Virus record (IMG/VR): IMGVR_UViG_3300012983_000031
Span: 1 to 64,000 of that record
DNA from: a virus
Lineage: Duplodnaviria; Caudoviricetes
Reading direction: 5' to 3' (one strand)
Length of the DNA stretch: 64,000 bases
The position numbers were made by a program, and so were the translations under genes. The notes beneath the pieces are model-generated. The model ran no database searches, had not been told where the DNA came from, and was given only the letters and a program-made list of their open reading frames with translations. Below are positions 59,137 to 64,000 of this stretch, piece after piece; the first letter of the stretch is position 1; the number at the start of each line of letters is the position of its first letter.

Positions 59137-61461
59137 TTACAGTGTGTATCCCATTTGCCATGCGTTTACATAATAAGATGAGACTTCGTGTGTTGTCTTT
59201 AATGAAAGCGCGTTTGTTGGTTTTAAAGAAGCATAATTCATTGTTCCGCCGTTATACAATGTTCCTGTATTTGCGAGTGTCGTATGCTGTATGTTAGCTA
59301 TGAATCTTGTACCTCCGCCATAATATGTGTTTCTTGTTTCATCATAGTGAACTCGCCCTTCTGTCGAATTTACTCCACCTGTATATTTGTCAACTTTGGT
59401 TTCACCGTCTGCAGAAGATCTGAATTCTTTTGATAATGTGTATATTCTTCCAAATCCTCTATTGAACATAGATTCAATAGCGTCCCTATCACGACCAAGA
59501 CCATGATCAAGTGTAACAATGGCTTTAAATCCTATAGGAAAGTCATCAGGACCTAATTCGTCAGAAAATTCTATCTTAACGTCTTTGACAATTAAATTTC
59601 CTATCATTGCAATTGGATTAAGAGGGTTTCCTATTGTCAAATGCCAATCACCTACAGGTTCACCAGTTAACAATGCTCGTTGATCTTCTATATAAGGTAC
59701 AGTTGTTCCTTTTAAGGCTTTCGCCGCGATGACTTTTTGAATAGCTCTTGATGTTCCTGTTTGAAGTGCTCCTTCAAATTCAGCGTTGAGTGATGGTTTT
59801 TCTCCTTTTAATATGCTCGTTATGCTGTTCACCGCCCCCTTAAAAAGACCAGCAATAAAATTAGCGGCATCTGGTAAGAACATCGCAAGATATCCTACAC
59901 CGTCTCTGAAAATGTTTTTTGTTATAGATTGTGTAAATCCATCTTTGCCAAAAAGTTGTCCTCTATGCAGTTTATTCATTGAATCACCATATTTCCATGG
60001 ATAAACAGCTGGATCAGTGCAGTTGTATCTCCACATTCCACCAAACCATGTACCAGATGAATATGTAAGAACAAGCATATTTGATAGCAAATCAAGAAGA
60101 ACCGCCTTATTGTTAATTCCAGCAATTGGACGTGCAACGTACTCGAACGTCACCTTTAATCCATCTTGCTTGAATTCCAGACCCCGTTCGCGTCTCATTG
60201 TGTTTCTGATTACGTTAACAGGACCGAGAATACGATTTTCATAAGGACCTTTTTTGTAAGGATCTGGCGGAATATTATGAACAGCATCAAGGTTTATTGT
60301 GCTTCCAGGATTATTGACTTCACCAAAGAATCCCATTATTGCAGCAGTCATACTTAGTCCGCTTGATAAAGCCCCACCTAAGCCACCTAATGATGTATTG
60401 TTTATCAGACCAGAACCCATATCATTTTGCTTCGATGAAATGTCGATTGGATCATCTTCTGCGATTTTCTCCTTCCATCTGTAATTGGCACTGAATGTTA
60501 ATAAATCTGACAATTTGTTTCCAGTTTCTTCTCCAAAATATGTGACAGCTGTTGCCAGAGGTGTCCATGGATCATCACTGTTGCGCCCTTGATATGTTTG
60601 AACTTTTCCGCTTTGATCAACAGTTTCGAATGCCACGCTTTCTGTTGTATTGTTAGGAGTAATTGGTTCAATAACATAGTCTCTGAATTCTATGTTATCT
60701 GTTACAGGAGCAGCATAGCGGCGAAGTGTTATAAGTCTGTTGTTTTCTATTTTGTTCCACCATTTACAAAATACGAAGTCCTGGAATGAATACGGAGTTC
60801 TTCCTCTTGGTGATTCATTTCCCCATCGTATGAGTGTTGTCGTTGTTGGCGTTTTTGAATAATGTCCGCTATATTGCTGTTCACCATCAACCTCGTAGAA
60901 TCGTCTTTTATTATACTGATCATATGTAAGGAATTGACCAACAGCATCAGCGCTACCAGATGCACCAGCAAGCTTAACAAGAGCATATGGGTGAATCATT
61001 GATCTTGCCGTCATATACTCTCGATAGTTCTTGCGCATGAAGTCGTCAATATATTTCTTCCTCTTCTCAAGAGCTTCTATGACTTTTGGATCATAGTTTC
61101 CTTCACCGTTGCTTTTGTATTCTTCTATTTGCTGTTGAACCTCCGTCGGCGTTTCGTGTAAGTCGGCAATATAAGAACCATAATCGAAATGAGGATAGAA
61201 CGTCTGTTTACCGTTTTGTCCTTGCCCGCCAACGTTATATAGAAAGAGATTTCTGTATAGCCTTGTGTCAAAGAAAGCCATACGTTTATTGTCATAGAAA
61301 TCCTTAATTGAATGTTCTATGTCTGGATCTGAATATCCATCATCACCACTAGAACGTTCAGCCGATGTCGATGTTTCTGTCATATTCACAGCAGTTGGCG
61401 CAGAGTTATTTGCCGCGTTGACTTTTTCCAAATATGCTAATTTATCTTCCGCAAATCCCAT
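59137..61461 (-). CDS. Baseplate/tail tube cap-like structural protein
   Basis: 774-aa ORF in the baseplate operon; WHLTIGNP...NLIVKDVKIEF...DDFP tube-fold-like end. Confidence 0.6.
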   Translation of the reverse strand: MGFAEDKLAYLEKVNAANNSAPTAVNMTETSTSAERSSGDDGYSDPDIEHSIKDFYDNKRMAFFDTRLYRNLFLYNVGGQGQNGKQTFYPHFDYGSYIADLHETPTEVQQQIEEYKSNGEGNYDPKVIEALEKRKKYIDDFMRKNYREYMTARSMIHPYALVKLAGASGSADAVGQFLTYDQYNKRRFYEVDGEQQYSGHYSKTPTTTTLIRWGNESPRGRTPYSFQDFVFCKWWNKIENNRLITLRRYAAPVTDNIEFRDYVIEPITPNNTTESVAFETVDQSGKVQTYQGRNSDDPWTPLATAVTYFGEETGNKLSDLLTFSANYRWKEKIAEDDPIDISSKQNDMGSGLINNTSLGGLGGALSSGLSMTAAIMGFFGEVNNPGSTINLDAVHNIPPDPYKKGPYENRILGPVNVIRNTMRRERGLEFKQDGLKVTFEYVARPIAGINNKAVLLDLLSNMLVLTYSSGTWFGGMWRYNCTDPAVYPWKYGDSMNKLHRGQLFGKDGFTQSITKNIFRDGVGYLAMFLPDAANFIAGLFKGAVNSITSILKGEKPSLNAEFEGALQTGTSRAIQKVIAAKALKGTTVPYIEDQRALLTGEPVGDWHLTIGNPLNPIAMIGNLIVKDVKIEFSDELGPDDFPIGFKAIVTLDHGLGRDRDAIESMFNRGFGRIYTLSKEFRSSADGETKVDKYTGGVNSTEGRVHYDETRNTYYGGGTRFIANIQHTTLANTGTLYNGGTMNYASLKPTNALSLKTTHEVSSYYVNAWQMGYTL

Positions 61462-62993
61462 TATCTTTGTCTTCCTATATACTTTTGGTTGAGGTATGTA
61501 TCTGCGCTGTCATTGATGATAGCATGATGATCATTCCTTATGTTATATGAAACAAGTTCAGTAAGTTGTTTGTCTATGTTGTCGTTGATGCAGTCGTACA
61601 GTCTGATGTTTGTCATGTAAGCATTTGACGGAATGATGTAGTATTTCTCAACATCAATCTCATCATAAATCTCATTTTCAACAGATGATGATGACATTTG
61701 TGTGAGTTTTCCGTTCACTTGGGTAAACAGGTTAACTTCAAATTTGTCAGACATGTTAATAATGATTCCGTACCATTTGTCTGTTTGTATTTCTTCAGTT
61801 AACTGAACAAGCGTTTCTTCATCAGTTGTTGATATTGATACAAGTGACATTCCCTTTATTGATAGAGATAACGAATTAGATGTTAATAAGTTAAGTATAT
61901 TGTCAGATGTAATCGTGTATCCTGGTAGGTTATTCCATCCTTTGACGGTTTTATTAAGTTTGACTATTTGATCACCGTTTACGTGTATTCTGTTTTTGTT
62001 CACCACCGTACCTGGTATCGTTATGGAACCACGTTGAAGCTTTATTGGTTCATTCTCTTTGAATTTGCTACCAACTGAAACATCAAGATAATATTCGCCG
62101 CTTTCCTTATAAACGGATATACCTTTTTTGATGTTCTTGATATAGTTGTTCTTTGGTTCGTGTATGTTGAACCAGCAGGTGAAGCAACGTTCATCTTCAG
62201 GTGTTATGTGATCATTTTTCTTATATTCTACAATCTTCTTTACTTTCTTATTGAGGTTATAGTAATTTCTCGCAACAGTGTGTCCATCAATTATAAGATC
62301 GAACATCTCTATTGATTTGACATTGAGCATGATAGATTCATCAGATCTTTCTGGTGTCACTTTCTTCTGTTTATCCTGTGATGTAGAAGAATATTTTGAA
62401 AGCTGGTTATCATCAACAATATCTTCAATATTTTCGTGTATGTCTTCACCGAAGCTGTCCATGAGATTTGTTGTGTTGTTCTCGATGCTTTCTTTGAGCT
62501 GTTCTCCGACAATCCTGCTTCTTGTTGGCGTGTATATAGAAAGATTCACTTTATATGATGTCAATTGACCCCCAAGCTGTTTAACTGGTTGCATGCTTAC
62601 TACCTCCATAAGTTTCTTTGTCATTGGTATGTATACGATGTCACCCTTTTGTGGAATCGTTCCATCGTTTCCAGTTGCTGTTTTCCATGTGTCGACGGCA
62701 ATGTCCATTGTCATTGGGACAGCAAAGTTAATTCCCATGATGTTGTATGTGATAGCCGCGTCATCATATCCAGAGTCCGAATACATGGCTTTGAAGCTTA
62801 ACGGGCAGTCTTCTACACCAAAAAGTGTATATGATTGAAATATAACATCTTGTGATCTTTTATCTGGTACTAATCTAAACCACATGACATCAACGCCAGC
62901 GATTTCTGTCGCCGCCGAATTGAGTCCTCCAAGTATTTCGTTAACGAATTTTGTAGCAGCCTCTTGTATCGATGTTGGTGTTACTGTTGCCAT
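61461..62993 (-). CDS. Neck/head-completion protein, T4 gp14-like, with C-terminal extension
   Basis: GVDVMWF...QDVIFQSY...PQKGDIVYIPMTKKLMEV; GATAAATA at 63014-63021. Confidence 0.7.
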   Translation of the reverse strand: MATVTPTSIQEAATKFVNEILGGLNSAATEIAGVDVMWFRLVPDKRSQDVIFQSYTLFGVEDCPLSFKAMYSDSGYDDAAITYNIMGINFAVPMTMDIAVDTWKTATGNDGTIPQKGDIVYIPMTKKLMEVVSMQPVKQLGGQLTSYKVNLSIYTPTRSRIVGEQLKESIENNTTNLMDSFGEDIHENIEDIVDDNQLSKYSSTSQDKQKKVTPERSDESIMLNVKSIEMFDLIIDGHTVARNYYNLNKKVKKIVEYKKNDHITPEDERCFTCWFNIHEPKNNYIKNIKKGISVYKESGEYYLDVSVGSKFKENEPIKLQRGSITIPGTVVNKNRIHVNGDQIVKLNKTVKGWNNLPGYTITSDNILNLLTSNSLSLSIKGMSLVSISTTDEETLVQLTEEIQTDKWYGIIINMSDKFEVNLFTQVNGKLTQMSSSSVENEIYDEIDVEKYYIIPSNAYMTNIRLYDCINDNIDKQLTELVSYNIRNDHHAIINDSADTYLNQKYIGRQR

Positions 62994-63057
62994 TGTAGCA
63001 AGTTTCTTTGGACTATTTATCTGATTTTTGCATATTTAACAATTTTTAACACCCGAT

Positions 63058-63089
63058 TTTTAATCGTTTTTATGTTTTCTCCGTATAAT
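63058..63089 (+). promoter_or_regulatory. Middle-type promoter TTTTAATC-N18-TATAAT upstream of uvsW
   Basis: Exact bipartite motif with 18-nt spacer. Confidence 0.8.
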
Positions 63090-63125
63090 AGTGTAGAGAG
63101 CACCTTTTTGTGGTGCCGTTTGCAC

Positions 63126-64000
63126 ATGCTACAAGCACAATTATTAGATAACGGAAAATGGGTTCTTGTAGAGGGTGATGCTTTAGAGATGCAGCAGTTA
63201 AAGCTGAGTTTCACCAAAAAGATCAATTCTTGGTTCATAATCAAGAACAAGAACCCTAATGCACAAGTCGAGGAGAAGTTCATGAACAATTTTGGACTTA
63301 TGCCTGTTGGGTTGTGGATAGAATTGATCCGTGTCTGTGAGAAATTCAACTATAATATTCAGTTCATTGGGGATTTCGAAAATAAAATCAAGAATAGTGC
63401 TGTATCATATGATACGTTTGCCGAGTACATTTCTGGTTTGTTCAAAAATTCAACAATGAGTCCGAGGGATTATCAGATGGAAGGTGTGTTCAAGATGATT
63501 GAATACAAGAAGTGTTGTGTTGAGGTGTCTACATCTGGAGGAAAAACGTTAATGGCATATATGCTGTTCCGTTTTATGAAAGATTTTCTTCACTTCAATC
63601 ACATCTTGTTCATCACTCCAAAGACAAATCTAACAACTCAATCAGCAGATAAATTCCTTCAATACGATTCAACGAACCAACTTATTACTGACTGGACTTA
63701 TAGCGAAGTTCACGCAAAGGCTAAAAAGAAGGAACTTTATGATGAAAACATCGTTTTCGGAAACTATCAGTCATTGTGCAGAAAACCAGATGCGTTCTTC
63801 GAGAAGTTTGATGCAGTTATCATTGATGAGTGTCACCATGCTACGTCTCCAAGTATCAGAAAGATTGTTAGTAAATGCGTCAATGCTGAATATAAGATTG
63901 GAATGACTGGAACATTTCCAGAGGAAGGTTCATATGATAACTTTGTATTGTCATCATATGTTGGCCCTGTTGTGTTCCGTTTGCCAAGTTATGAACTAAT
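63126..64000 (+). CDS. uvsW: SF2 helicase, T4 UvsW-like (partial, runs off window end; not in ORF track)
   Basis: Manual translation MLQAQLLDNGKW...PRDYQ...STSGGKT...IIDECHHA...GMTGT. Confidence 0.88.
   Translation, partial: MLQAQLLDNGKWVLVEGDALEMQQLKLSFTKKINSWFIIKNKNPNAQVEEKFMNNFGLMPVGLWIELIRVCEKFNYNIQFIGDFENKIKNSAVSYDTFAEYISGLFKNSTMSPRDYQMEGVFKMIEYKKCCVEVSTSGGKTLMAYMLFRFMKDFLHFNHILFITPKTNLTTQSADKFLQYDSTNQLITDWTYSEVHAKAKKKELYDENIVFGNYQSLCRKPDAFFEKFDAVIIDECHHATSPSIRKIVSKCVNAEYKIGMTGTFPEEGSYDNFVLSSYVGPVVFRLPSYEL

Noticed and set aside
1-64000. Alternative genetic code (TAG or TGA recoding)
   Set aside because: Standard-code ORFs tile the window densely and conserved genes are intact

Overview
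Dense, AT-rich (about 35% GC by eye) 64-kb segment of a large T4-like (myovirus-type) jumbo phage genome, read in the standard genetic code. The host is probably Bacteroidota: TAnnTTTG promoters precede replication genes and leaders are A-rich with no clear Shine-Dalgarno. It holds replication and recombination genes (gp61 primase, gp41 helicase, gp32 SSB, gp46/47, UvsW, a RuvC-like resolvase), anaerobic RNR nrdD (with a LAGLIDADG intein) and nrdG, a gp55-like late sigma factor, and neck/tail/baseplate genes (gp14, gp15, gp3, gp26/gp51, gp5, gp27, gp53-like). It also has candidate lysis genes and many late genes whose products share an [ILVM]-x-E (mostly -N-E-S) motif resembling prohead-protease cleavage sites. 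Main observations: (i) a putative head-packaged protein set including a MoxR-type AAA+ ATPase, a zincin peptidase, a giant vWA protein with 59 QQG repeats, a vSET-like methyltransferase and two membrane-helix proteins; (ii) three promoter classes readable from sequence; (iii) a candidate +1 frameshift (CTT-T) fusing the gp26- and gp51-like genes; (iv) a candidate replication origin near 54 kb at a strand-skew switch; (v) a metallophosphoesterase-LRR appendage gene and two small late genes missing from the ORF track. No tRNA, rRNA or CRISPR array was seen. All family assignments come from manual motif recognition, not database searches.
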